Assembly (NCBI GenBank): GCA_038330175.1
Contig: JBBQNS010000001.1
Coordinates: 15,552 to 79,551 of the forward strand
Direction: 5' to 3'
Length of the DNA: 64,000 bases
Origin: Kiritimatiellia bacterium
GTDB taxonomy: Bacteria; Verrucomicrobiota; Kiritimatiellia; CAIKKV01; CAITUY01
Below are positions 26,273 through 36,018 of the stretch, one piece after another; position 1 is the stretch's first letter, and each line of letters opens with the position of its first letter. Both the position numbers and the translations under genes were made by a program. Under the pieces are notes generated by a model. That model had not been told where the DNA came from. It saw nothing but the letters and a program-made list of their open reading frames with translations, and searched no databases.

Positions 26273-27544
26273 TCACCCGCCTAATTCCTTTGGGGCATTT
26301 TTCAACCGATACAAAACTTCACCTGCCTTGGGCACATACAGGATTCCTTCAGCCTCACGATCGGCGTAATCGGCAGGATTAATTTCTCGGTAATCCATCC
26401 AGCCCATATTGATCTTCCGGCAAATCGCCTCAGAAATTCCCGTGGCCAACACGACCTTCACACGCCCTTTTTCCACACCATTCTCATACGTCCCGATTCC
26501 CCGGACATGCGTTGAATGCGCGAGAACGCCCCATGGAAAGCCCTTGAATCGCTCCCACTGCTTGAGGAAATAGTCGCGCGTGTGGTAGCCTAGTTCTTCA
26601 ATCAATTTGCCATGGGAAACCGACACCTCGGTGATATGGGGCGCATAAATGATCAATGTTCCACCATCCGCCACCACGGGCTCCAATTTATACATACACT
26701 TCGCCCCAACCCACAGGTCATCGTACATCTTCGGTGCACAGGACAACACGGTATGAAATGGCTTATCCTTGAACTGGATATGAACCTGGCGAGAAAGATC
26801 CGAAGCCTGTTCCCACGCCTCCTCAGGAGTTCCGGCAAACAGCCCCGCCAGCTCATGCCCCTTAACCACCATGCATAACGCCTTACGCTCCACTTTCAGC
26901 AGGGCCGCCGCGCGGTCGACTACTTTGCGGACCGGCGTCCACTTGCTTCCGATAATCATGGGGTTGGTGATGACGGCCCCCAGCCAGTGAAAAAAATTAA
27001 GGATTTCTTCACCTGCAATACCAGGGAACAAATATTTATTTCCGCCGGAGAACCCTACCACTTCGTGCGGAAAAACCGGCCCGAGGATCACGAGCAGATC
27101 ATAGTTCTGAACCATTCGATTGATGGAAACCCCCACGTCCATCTCGAACAAGCCCCCAGTTAATTCGCGCACCTCGGCACAGGACAGGCGCCCCACTTCA
27201 AATAAAGCCTTGGGGTTATTCCATTCATGATTAAAAAAACGAGTCCGGGAATAGTTCGCATGGTGCTCGGCTTCGGTGATCTCAACCCGCGCATAAATCT
27301 GCTGCATGGTCATGGGTGGATGCGTCCCCAGTGCCACCATGAAATCAAGTTCCGCGGCATCTGCGGCCGCCTCCTGAACCAGCCGGAACATCATGCCGAG
27401 CGGGCATGAGCGCGTGGCATCGGGAATGACGACTAATACCTTTCGTCCACGGACATTCCAGGCGGCAAACGCCTCGCTACAAATGCGTTTGGCGTCCTCC
27501 TCAGTAACTGATTGATCCGGATAACCTAACCCTAATGTCTTCAT
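26273..27544 (-). CDS. LarA-like (DUF2088 / nickel-pincer-cofactor racemase/epimerase family) protein
   Basis: VVIPDATRSCP ... ALGTHPPMT segments and a 423-aa length characteristic of lactate racemase LarA homologues. Confidence 0.55.
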   Translation of the reverse strand: MKTLGLGYPDQSVTEEDAKRICSEAFAAWNVRGRKVLVVIPDATRSCPLGMMFRLVQEAAADAAELDFMVALGTHPPMTMQQIYARVEITEAEHHANYSRTRFFNHEWNNPKALFEVGRLSCAEVRELTGGLFEMDVGVSINRMVQNYDLLVILGPVFPHEVVGFSGGNKYLFPGIAGEEILNFFHWLGAVITNPMIIGSKWTPVRKVVDRAAALLKVERKALCMVVKGHELAGLFAGTPEEAWEQASDLSRQVHIQFKDKPFHTVLSCAPKMYDDLWVGAKCMYKLEPVVADGGTLIIYAPHITEVSVSHGKLIEELGYHTRDYFLKQWERFKGFPWGVLAHSTHVRGIGTYENGVEKGRVKVVLATGISEAICRKINMGWMDYREINPADYADREAEGILYVPKAGEVLYRLKNAPKELGG

Positions 27545-28464
27545 GGAGTCACAATAGCTCTTAACCCTTCCTCTAAACCAAACTTGGGAGCATATCCCAA
27601 AGCGTCCCGAATCTTTGAGATATCGGCCAGGGAGTGCTTGATATCACCGGCTCGCGCCTCCTTGAATTGGGGTGCCACCTGAATCCCTGTAATTTTTTTG
27701 AGCGTGTCCAGCAATTGCAACAAAGAGACCGTCTTTCCCGTCGCCACATTAAATATTTCACCCCGCCCCACCTTCGATGAGCGCATGGCGAGAAGGTTGG
27801 CTTGCACCACATCCTTCACATACACAAAGTCGCGGGTCTGTTGTCCATCCCCGAAAATCGTGGGAGTCCGCCCGTTCCTAAGGTCATCGGTGAACCGCGA
27901 AATCACACCGGAGTACATGGACTTGCCGTCCTGCCGCGGACCAAACACATTGAAATAACGGAGGGCCACCGTCTCCACTCCATAGAGGCTGCTGAATAAT
28001 TTGAGATAATATTCGCCCGTCAGTTTACCCAAAGCATAAGGAGATTCCGGTTCCGGTAACATGTTCTCACGCTTGGGAAGATCGGGATTATTACCATAGA
28101 CGGCCGCCGAGGTGGCAAACACCACCCGCTTGACCCCCGCCACACGGGCCGCCTGCAACACATTCAAAGTCCCCCGAATATTGATCGCATCATTATCCAG
28201 CGGCTTATCAACCGAAACCGCGACAGAAACCAGGGCCGCTTCATGAAACACCTGCGTGATGCCTTTCATGGCGCCATTCAAGGACTCAGGATCACAGATA
28301 TCACCCCGGATCACTTCAATATCAGATCCAAAGCCGTTCAGGTTCTCAAGCTTTCCACTGGAGAAATTATCAAATATCCGCACATTGGTTCCATCCGCAA
28401 CCAACGCTTCCGCAATGTGAGACCCGATAAATCCACACCCGCCGGTGATTAATGTCTTACTCAT
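27541..28464 (-). CDS. NAD-dependent sugar epimerase/dehydratase (UDP-sugar 4-epimerase-like)
   Basis: MSKTLITGGCGFIGSHIAEAL Rossmann N-terminus. Catalytic residues conform to a YxxxK-type arrangement. A 307-aa ORF. Confidence 0.85.
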   Translation of the reverse strand: MSKTLITGGCGFIGSHIAEALVADGTNVRIFDNFSSGKLENLNGFGSDIEVIRGDICDPESLNGAMKGITQVFHEAALVSVAVSVDKPLDNDAINIRGTLNVLQAARVAGVKRVVFATSAAVYGNNPDLPKRENMLPEPESPYALGKLTGEYYLKLFSSLYGVETVALRYFNVFGPRQDGKSMYSGVISRFTDDLRNGRTPTIFGDGQQTRDFVYVKDVVQANLLAMRSSKVGRGEIFNVATGKTVSLLQLLDTLKKITGIQVAPQFKEARAGDIKHSLADISKIRDALGYAPKFGLEEGLRAIVTP

Positions 28465-28468
28465 AATT

Positions 28469-29602
28469 TCAAACGTGTTTCTTTAAATGTTCCTGTACAC
28501 AACGTTCCATGGCGTCCGCTTGGTCCTCCATGCTTCGCACCATTTTGAACTGGCCTCGGCACCGATCGATGTTGTGGCTGGGCCGCTTGATTTTGAAATA
28601 GGTATCGCCCTGCAGGTAATCCGTGAGAAAACGCATTCCGATCTCCATCGTGATCAACCGTCCTGAGAACACCAATTCCTCTCGTTCGGCGGGGTTCAAG
28701 AAGGACGCTTCCGACAAGTACCCGCCTGCCAGCGACTCGAAAACATCCATACGCATATTAACTTTGCGCAAATCCTGCTCGTCCTCACTAGCCGAGGCGG
28801 TCGCACTCCGGACCATATCGCCGAAATCATACAAGGCGAGTCCCGGCATCACCGTATCAAGATCCACAACGCAAACCCCTTCCTGGGTTTTCTCGTCCAG
28901 CATGACATTGTTGAACTTGGTATCATTATGGGTGATCCGTTCAGGAATCTCACCTTTGGCAAAACGATCCAATAACCGTCCACACATCGCCGCCCGGCTT
29001 TCAACAAAGGCGATATCATCTTTGACTTCAGCCGCCCGATTACAGACATCTTTTTGAACCGCCTCTTGCAGTGCCTTGAACCGCATGGGCGTATTATGAA
29101 AATCGGGAATGGTTTCATGCAACCGGGGCGCAGGCAAATCGGCCAGGCACAGTTGAAAACGGGCGTAGGCGCGTGCGGCTTCAAACGCCTGGCGGAAGCT
29201 CTCGACCTTGTCATAGGTGACCGCCCCCTCGACAAAGAGATACATTCTCCACCAATTACCATCGGCATCGTGATGACACGTTTTGCCATCACGCGTGATG
29301 ACTACACACAAAGAATGGCGGGTCACATCAGGACAGCCGTTTTGAGCCAACTTTATGCGCAGATGGTTTGTCACCCGGAGGATGTTATCCATCAAGGCGA
29401 CGGGATCCTTAAAAATCTGGTGATTAATCCGTTGCAGCAGGTAATGAACAGGGGCCCCCGCCATATTAAAGGTGACTTTATAGGTGTCGTTGATATGGCC
29501 AGTTCCATGGGGTTTAATATCAATGATGTCGCCCCATGCACGAAAATGCGACACTACTTTCTTAAATTCCACCTGACTTTTAGCGCAAGTTCCCATGATC
29601 AA
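28469..29602 (-). CDS. APH-fold phosphotransferase (sugar kinase, e.g. N-acetylhexosamine-1-kinase-like)
   Basis: HGTGHINDTYKV nucleotide-binding motif and a conserved HNDTKFNNVMLD catalytic loop. A 377-aa ORF. Confidence 0.55.
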   Translation of the reverse strand: MIMGTCAKSQVEFKKVVSHFRAWGDIIDIKPHGTGHINDTYKVTFNMAGAPVHYLLQRINHQIFKDPVALMDNILRVTNHLRIKLAQNGCPDVTRHSLCVVITRDGKTCHHDADGNWWRMYLFVEGAVTYDKVESFRQAFEAARAYARFQLCLADLPAPRLHETIPDFHNTPMRFKALQEAVQKDVCNRAAEVKDDIAFVESRAAMCGRLLDRFAKGEIPERITHNDTKFNNVMLDEKTQEGVCVVDLDTVMPGLALYDFGDMVRSATASASEDEQDLRKVNMRMDVFESLAGGYLSEASFLNPAEREELVFSGRLITMEIGMRFLTDYLQGDTYFKIKRPSHNIDRCRGQFKMVRSMEDQADAMERCVQEHLKKHV

Positions 29603-29704
29603 TATCCTTCATGCAGACAAAATGATTAAGCCTAAACAGTTACAAAAGTGCCTCATCTTATAGCAGAAAGCGATTCACTCCGTGAGTCTAAATTGCGAAA
29701 AATC

Positions 29705-30577
29705 TCAACCGGAAGTGATGATCCGCCATACACAAGAAAATGAGGTGCCAGGATCCTGCATGATCAAGCCGGGCTTGTGCATCAACTCACCATCATGTTG
29801 AGCGGGGTCCGCATGCCCGTACCACGGCTCGATACATACAAAGGGCGCACCGGGCTTGGCCCAGATCCCGAGATAGGGATAACCCGGGAATTCGACGGTG
29901 ACCCGGCGTGAATGCCGTCGCGAACACAGCCGGACCTGCTTGGACCTTACTTTCAAGAAAATCAAGGCATCGCGATCGAATAGATCTGACCGTAACGGGA
30001 GCACATTCTTATTGGAAAGAATCCGTTCTGATTTATCCGACAATAAGCCATTGGAGTCGAGCCAATGGGTGTCCAGTTTCTCTGCCTTTTCAAACTTTAA
30101 TGCGTAATCAGACACCTTATCCCCTGCCCCCCAGTTCAAGGCAAACCCCGGATGCTCCCCAATGGAAAACGGCATCACGCCTGTTCCGGTATTGAAAACT
30201 TCGGTCGTGATCTCCAGAATACCATCAGTCAGGCGATAGTGGCGCAGCAGAGAAAATTCAAAAGGATACTGTTTCCGGGTTACCGGCGTTGACTGAAGCT
30301 TGAACGATAGGACTTTTTCGGAAGCCTCAACCAATTCGAAGTTCAAATCCCGGGCAAAGCCATGTGGCGCCATCTCATATTTCCTGCCATCGAGGAGGTA
30401 ACTATTGTTGATCAACTTGCCGACAATTGGAAAAAGTAACGGAGCATGGCGCCCCCAGATAGCCGGGTTCGCCTGCCAGAGATATTCCGTTCCATCGGCC
30501 GCCTTCACACTGCTCAGTTCCGCTCCATGCCGTTTCACCGTGACTGATAATGCTGAATTGCTAATCGTGTGCTGCAT
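29705..30577 (-). CDS. Aldose 1-epimerase (galactose mutarotase-like) family protein
   Basis: GRHAPLLFPIVGKL...HGFAR...GEHPGF motifs. The start at 30577 (MQHT) is preferred. The ORF-track N-terminal extension to 30913 is implausible. Confidence 0.75.
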   Translation of the reverse strand: MQHTISNSALSVTVKRHGAELSSVKAADGTEYLWQANPAIWGRHAPLLFPIVGKLINNSYLLDGRKYEMAPHGFARDLNFELVEASEKVLSFKLQSTPVTRKQYPFEFSLLRHYRLTDGILEITTEVFNTGTGVMPFSIGEHPGFALNWGAGDKVSDYALKFEKAEKLDTHWLDSNGLLSDKSERILSNKNVLPLRSDLFDRDALIFLKVRSKQVRLCSRRHSRRVTVEFPGYPYLGIWAKPGAPFVCIEPWYGHADPAQHDGELMHKPGLIMQDPGTSFSCVWRIITSG

Positions 30578-30854
30578 TCTATGTTCTCCATTATTTTTAA
30601 AAGCTGTTTTTGAGGGAGGCCGCAAACCGGTCAACTTTCGCCGGCAAATAATCGCCCCAAAGTTATTCGATACGCCTAAACGGACGTACTTGTACCAAGC
30701 GTCACCAGTCGATGCAAACGCATATATACGCACAAAAAGATTAAAAATATTTGAACAGAAGCACGGTAGAGCCCGCAAAGGGCATCTACGGCGCGAACGC
30801 CGCAGCTGCATATTATTGAAAATCAAAACCGTTGGTATTATCGCCGTAGGCGTA

Positions 30855-30896
30855 AAACCTATTCCCTTCGCGATCTTCGCGTGCTTCTGTTCAAAC
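30855..30896. repeat. Copy of a ~45-bp conserved block AAACC(T/C)ATTCCC(T/C)T(T/C)GCGATCTTCG(C/T)GTGCTTCTGTTCAAA
   Basis: Near-identical to 50021–50066. The 3' part of that copy is in turn shared with 61106–61165. Confidence 0.5.
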
Positions 30897-30967
30897 TCTT
30901 TTCTTTCCGGCACGCCAAACGTCGTCAGTAAAGTGATCGAAGAAATTTGTCATACACCCGTCTTCAG

Positions 30968-31546
30968 TCAATGAATCATCTGCCACTGTTTGATCGCATC
31001 GACCGGACACAACAGCATGAGAATGTTAAGAGTAAGATTGTCGCGGACAATAAAAAGAAGCAGCAACTCAATGGCCACAAACACAACTAAAGCGAGCCGG
31101 AAACCAAGATAACGGGCAAGAATAAAACCGAAACCGCAGCACAAAATATCAGCAAAGGAATTACAGATGGAGTCGCCCTCATAACCCAGTCCCATCGTTG
31201 CTTCCCGATAACGTTGAATGATCAATGGTGAGTTTTCCACCACCTCCCATATCGCCTCAAGAAATAGAGCCAAGGTCAGCCGCCAGGAAAAAGACACGCG
31301 CCGAAATAGCCAGGTCAGGACCCAGAAAAAAAGCACACCGTGTAGAACATGCGTAAAACTATAGGGATCGAAAATATGCTGGGAATTGTGGGCGCTCCAA
31401 ATATCGCCAGCCCACAGATTGGTTCCCCCGCACACACACCACCAAACCCGCCCTTGCCGCCAAAGCTGGAAGGTTGTAGCAGCCAGAATTAATGCTACTA
31501 CCCATCCAGCCCGGACCGTTCCGAATACCCGCTTTATCCGTTCCAT
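30968..31546 (-). CDS. Integral membrane protein (DUF2585/UPF0314-like)
   Basis: A 192-aa ORF with multiple hydrophobic helices. No catalytic motifs were recognised. Confidence 0.45.
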   Translation of the reverse strand: MERIKRVFGTVRAGWVVALILAATTFQLWRQGRVWWCVCGGTNLWAGDIWSAHNSQHIFDPYSFTHVLHGVLFFWVLTWLFRRVSFSWRLTLALFLEAIWEVVENSPLIIQRYREATMGLGYEGDSICNSFADILCCGFGFILARYLGFRLALVVFVAIELLLLFIVRDNLTLNILMLLCPVDAIKQWQMIH

Positions 31547-31646
31547 TTAAATAATAGTCCATTAGCGTCGCACAGGACGCAGGCTAATAGACTGTAGGCT
31601 GTTAGGCAATACGAGAGATCTCATCTGGTTACAGCCCCGGTCATTT

Positions 31647-32386
31647 TCAATTCTTCTGATTTTTGTTTTCCCATTTTCGACTAACAGCCATGGCGTCCTG
31701 TGGGACGCCAGTGGTAATATTCCATTCATTTGCTGGATTGATTAGTACCCTTAAAACTATTGCGTTCCCAGCGCCCTTTCTGCTCCACCCCATTCGCATA
31801 AACAAACACCCCTTCCCCATCGAACGCGCCGTCCTTGAACTCGCCTCGGTAGAGAGCCCCGTTACTGTAAATAAACGTGCCCTTCCCATTAAAGCGATTA
31901 TTTTAAAAATCACCCACATACTGATCGCCACCGGCGCGTGTCAACACCCCCTTGCCGCAAAACTCATTATCGACGAACGCGCCCTGATATTTATCGCCAT
32001 TTGAATAGATAACAATTCCTGGCCCCTGAGCCTGATCATCCTTGAAATCACCCTCAAATCGGTCGCCATTCTTACGAATCATCATTCCCTTACCCTGAAA
32101 AAGTCCATTTGAAAAAGTACCCACATAAGTAGTTGTGTGATTCGAGCAGATCCTGCCCGTGCATCAATCCGTCTTTAAATTCCCCAGTGTAGGAGCAACC
32201 ATCCCTCCGGGCTAACGTCCCTTTACCGTTGAAAAGGCCGTTAGTGAACTCACCCTTATAAACCGAACTATCCGGCAATGAGGCAGATCCCTGCCCATCC
32301 GGAACCATCCCTCCCTGCGTCATTCCGGCCAGAGCGACAATACCAACCCACAAAACCAACCCCATCCTTCGTGGATACCTAATCAT
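31647..32386 (-). pseudogene. Secreted MORN-repeat protein, disrupted. It reads through three frames, with frameshifts or a nonsense codon at homopolymer tracts.
   Basis: Signal-peptide-like N-terminus, then MORN repeats (YKGEFTNGLFNGKGT, YTGEFKDGLMHGQ, YQGAFVDNEFCGKGV, YVGDF). The 'gatttttaaaataat' tract gives an in-frame TAA exactly where a K is expected. Confidence 0.55.
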
Positions 32387-32487
32387 TTTACACTTCTCCT
32401 TTTTCGGGTCTGAGCCGAACTCATTCCATCACGAGTCTTAGCCCATTTTATCCGCGCGATGCGGTTAAGTAAACGCGAACTGGGTTC

Positions 32488-33651
32488 CTATTCTCCGATG
32501 CACCAGAGATGATCCAGGCCGCGAATATACATCCGGGTTCCGGAAAAAATCGGGCATGAACGAAATTTCTCAAGGCTGTTCCGAGACACTTCCTGATACT
32601 CGCGGCCGGGTTGAATCACCACCGTTTGGCCGCCATCGGATGACAAGAAGATGTATTTCCCAGCAAGGGCAGGACTCGGATAGACCGTTCCCTGCAGGTA
32701 TTCCAGCTTCTTCTGATAAACAAGTGCCCCCGTTTTCTGATCCAACACCGATAGATTACGGGCTTGATTGATCGCATAGACCAGTCCGTCATACACAAGG
32801 GGCGTTGCATAATAGCGATCTCCTGCAATCACGACGTTCGTCCAGAGAGCAACAAGGGTTCCATCGGCCGTCGTCGGCAGGGTATAGGCTTGAGGTTTCT
32901 GTTGCAGGTAATACAAAACACCATCCACGAGACAGGGGCTATTATAATCCAACTGCACCAAGCCTTTCGCCAGCTCCTTGCCACTGGCGGCTTCCACGGC
33001 GACCCCTTTACAGGTATACAGAACATCGACCTTGCCGATCCGGGCTACCACAGGCGAGCCCCAACCCCAGCCGGTCTTCAACTTCCACTGCACCACCCCC
33101 GTTTCAGGGTCGAGACCGAACAAATGATCGAACTGCACCACCACTTTCCCGCCCGCCAGTCGCGGAGAGATACAACCACCCCAGTCGTGCGGCGGTTTTT
33201 CCAGTGTTACCGACCAGAGCAACTTACCGGTCAGGTCCCAGCACGCCACGACGCCCTGTCCGAATACAGCCCAGATTCGGCGTCCATCCGAACACGGTGT
33301 TGCGGAGGTATACCCATTGACGTTGTGAGTTTTCGGTAGGGCAGCCGGAAGATCAGTCACGGTATTTTGCCACAGGATTTTGCCCGTGTCCGCTTCGACG
33401 CAGATCAGGGATGCCGGTTCAGCGCAAATGAAAAGGTGTTTTCCAATCAGAAGGGGGCTGGCATTGGACCAATTGGTAGCGGTCGTTTTCCACACCACAT
33501 GGGAGTTTGTCGACCAGGACGTAAACGGCTTAGCTTTAGGATAAAGCCCTGCTCCATCCCCTCTGAATCCAGCCTGCTCAGTTGCTAAAATCGAAAGGCT
33601 GGCAACTCCTGCAAGCACCACACATAACATTCGCTGTATTCCTGCGCTCAT
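32488..33651 (-). CDS. Secreted PQQ-like beta-propeller repeat protein
   Basis: Signal peptide MSAGIQRMLCVVLAGVASLSILA, then repeated GKILWQ / GKLLWS / GVVQWK propeller blades. Confidence 0.7.
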   Translation of the reverse strand: MSAGIQRMLCVVLAGVASLSILATEQAGFRGDGAGLYPKAKPFTSWSTNSHVVWKTTATNWSNASPLLIGKHLFICAEPASLICVEADTGKILWQNTVTDLPAALPKTHNVNGYTSATPCSDGRRIWAVFGQGVVACWDLTGKLLWSVTLEKPPHDWGGCISPRLAGGKVVVQFDHLFGLDPETGVVQWKLKTGWGWGSPVVARIGKVDVLYTCKGVAVEAASGKELAKGLVQLDYNSPCLVDGVLYYLQQKPQAYTLPTTADGTLVALWTNVVIAGDRYYATPLVYDGLVYAINQARNLSVLDQKTGALVYQKKLEYLQGTVYPSPALAGKYIFLSSDGGQTVVIQPGREYQEVSRNSLEKFRSCPIFSGTRMYIRGLDHLWCIGE

Positions 33652-33720
33652 AAAAAACCTTCCAGTGAGATTTATACTAATTACAATTGCCAACGGCCTT
33701 CGCACCTGCATGTCGTGAGG

Positions 33721-33906
33721 TTATGATGCCGGGGTAAAAATGCTTAATTTCCGGGCCTGTTCAGCCAGACATCGCTGGGGGGTGTTGCGTCGCACCGTCG
33801 CTTGGCCTTCCGCCCAGGATATGGCCTCCATAATCAAACGCCATTTTTCCCGTGCATCTAAATGACGGTCACGCTTGTGTTCTTCCTGCTGCAAAATATC
33901 ATTCAT
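33721..33906 (-). CDS. Small hypothetical protein (61 aa) overlapping the 3' end of the upstream nucleotidyltransferase gene
   Basis: Its 8-nt overlap with 33899–34384 suggests a coupled two-gene module. No recognisable domain. Confidence 0.3.
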   Translation of the reverse strand: MNDILQQEEHKRDRHLDAREKWRLIMEAISWAEGQATVRRNTPQRCLAEQARKLSIFTPAS

Positions 33907-34384
33907 GGGGAGTCATGGCTTTCTGCAATTCCTGAATCCGATCGTTTTTCCGGGATTCTACGGGAATGCTTAATTGACAGGCCAGCATATCGGCATCCGA
34001 AAGTCCGGAATAGGCCGTCCCTGAAGCGGTAGTCCCTGAGACGGACACCGTAAACGCCTCATCCCAATCCGACAATCCTTGGACCAACCGAAAAATATCG
34101 ATAGCGCCATGGGGACTGGTAAGGCAAAAGACGGGCTGCTGCGAAAGCCACCCCGCCGCCAAGTTAGCCACCGCCCCCCAATCAGAATCTGTTCGACCCC
34201 ATTCGGCATTCAGTTCGTTTAAGGCTTCTTCACAACGTCGCCGATTCGCTTCGCTATCTTCGATCCAAAAATCAACATCGAATGTGAGAACGGGCTTGTG
34301 CCGGAGGAGAAAGTTCACACCGCCAATGAGCAAATACCGAACCTCATGGCGATTAAAGACGGCCAATATGTGTTCAATATTCAT
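33899..34384 (-). CDS. Minimal nucleotidyltransferase-fold protein (MNT/AbiEii-like small NTase)
   Basis: RYLLIGGVNFLLRH...LTFDVDFWIE matches the hG[GS]...DhD NTase signature. A 161-aa ORF. Confidence 0.45.
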   Translation of the reverse strand: MNIEHILAVFNRHEVRYLLIGGVNFLLRHKPVLTFDVDFWIEDSEANRRRCEEALNELNAEWGRTDSDWGAVANLAAGWLSQQPVFCLTSPHGAIDIFRLVQGLSDWDEAFTVSVSGTTASGTAYSGLSDADMLACQLSIPVESRKNDRIQELQKAMTPHE

Positions 34385-34580
34385 TCCATGAAGGTAACAT
34401 GAAGCCTATTAAGGCGAACAGTGGAATTTACAGGGCATTGGGGGGGGGCGAGACTTGGAGGAATGCCTCCAAGTCGTGAATCGCTTCAGAATTGTTTCCA
34501 TTGACCATATTATGGCGGTGGCCAAAGGGACGGTGGCCGATTCGTTCCATGAAAAAAACATCAACGGGGCTTGAGAAAGC

Positions 34581-36008
34581 TCAGAGATCCCGAGCAGGCG
34601 GGAAACCCTCAATGTAGTCTGGGATCGCTTTCACAACCGCATTGCGCCAGCGCCCAGAACGCCAACGCCACCATAAAGGCACCGGGAAAAGGGTGCAAAT
34701 CAACACCACCAAGGCCCAGGCCGTAATCGAACTTACATGGAATGCCTTGAAGGCGATCAAAACGGTAAAAGCCAGGATCCAGTGCAGGCTCACAGTAAGG
34801 GCCATGGTGAAAAGCGTGTCCCCCGCCCCACGCAAAGCACCGGTGTACACTAGAAACAAACCATTGGAGACCACATAGAACGATGCCAGGCGCAACATGT
34901 GGGTTGCAATGGGGGTGGCCTGCTCAAACACCGGATCCGGCTGACTGGGTCTGAATATGCAGACGAGCTCATGTGGAAAAAACATGAAAACAACAAAAAC
35001 CACCGCTGCAAAGCCCCAGATCACATAGAGTCCGGAACGGGCGGAACGTAGAACGGCCGGTTCATCATGCGCCCCCACATAACGGCCCACCAGACTGGTG
35101 ACCCCAATTTCCACCCCCACTAAAGGGAGAAAGGAAACCATATCCCAGTTGAAAAGGATTGTGGAGGCCGTGGCGGTCGCCGCCCCCTGCTGATAGAGCA
35201 GACCAATGATGATGTTAAAAGCTAGTAAATTAAAAAAAAGTTCCAGACCAGCCGGGTAGCCGAAACGCAATAGCAGCCCCATCAGGGCACGATCAAACCG
35301 GAATGCGGCGACGACGTTGTAGGCTCTGCGCGTTGCCGGAGCCAAATAGGCCACTAGTAAGACCATAAATCCCGCAAACGTTCCGAGCAGCGTTCCTATC
35401 CCGGCCCCGCGAATCCCGAGCGCCGGAAAACCGGCATGCCCGAAAATGAGAATCCACGCAGCCAGGGCATTCACCGTCAGCGCCGTTAGAGCCGCAAGCA
35501 TCACCACCCGCGTACGGCCCACCCCGCAGAAGAAACCGGAAAGGGCGCCACGCAAAAGACTGATTCCCGTTCCGAACATGAGGATCCGAAAATATTGTTG
35601 CTGCAGGGCCGCCTGACCCGGCGGCAAGTTGAAATGGTTAAAAACGGGGGCGAGCAATAACCCAAGGCCTGTCAGGAACGGCCAGGCTACCACGGCCACA
35701 ATCATCGCCTGAAACGCGGCCAGACTCGCCTTCTCCACACGCCCGGCCCCAAACTGCTGCGCCACTAGGGCATTGGTGTATCCGAGCAATCCAACAAAAA
35801 ACGTCATGCACAAAAAACTAGCCAAGCCACCGCCCATGGCGGCATTCATGGATTCAGGCGAAACACGTGCCAGGAAAAGACGATCCGTGAAAATCATAAG
35901 GGTATCGCAACTCAGCGACACCACCATGGGGAAAACCATCGTCATCATTTCGCGAACGCCACCCTTGATCAAGGCAGGCGACTGCGGCGCATTAGTCTCA
36001 ATAGCCAT
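34581..36008 (-). CDS. MATE-family multidrug/metabolite efflux transporter
   Basis: 12-TM profile with MATE motifs (PMVVSLSCDTLMIFTDRLFLARV, GYTNALVAQQFGAG). The start at 36008 (MAIETN) sits 11 nt from the stop of the upstream gene. Confidence 0.8.
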   Translation of the reverse strand: MAIETNAPQSPALIKGGVREMMTMVFPMVVSLSCDTLMIFTDRLFLARVSPESMNAAMGGGLASFLCMTFFVGLLGYTNALVAQQFGAGRVEKASLAAFQAMIVAVVAWPFLTGLGLLLAPVFNHFNLPPGQAALQQQYFRILMFGTGISLLRGALSGFFCGVGRTRVVMLAALTALTVNALAAWILIFGHAGFPALGIRGAGIGTLLGTFAGFMVLLVAYLAPATRRAYNVVAAFRFDRALMGLLLRFGYPAGLELFFNLLAFNIIIGLLYQQGAATATASTILFNWDMVSFLPLVGVEIGVTSLVGRYVGAHDEPAVLRSARSGLYVIWGFAAVVFVVFMFFPHELVCIFRPSQPDPVFEQATPIATHMLRLASFYVVSNGLFLVYTGALRGAGDTLFTMALTVSLHWILAFTVLIAFKAFHVSSITAWALVVLICTLFPVPLWWRWRSGRWRNAVVKAIPDYIEGFPPARDL

Positions 36009-36018
36009 GGTCAGCCCT

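Noticed and set aside
32764-33339. Two overlapping plus-strand ORFs (191 and 171 aa) inside the PQQ-propeller gene
   Set aside because: Antisense to the propeller gene, and Arg/Pro-rich. Not supported by any motif.
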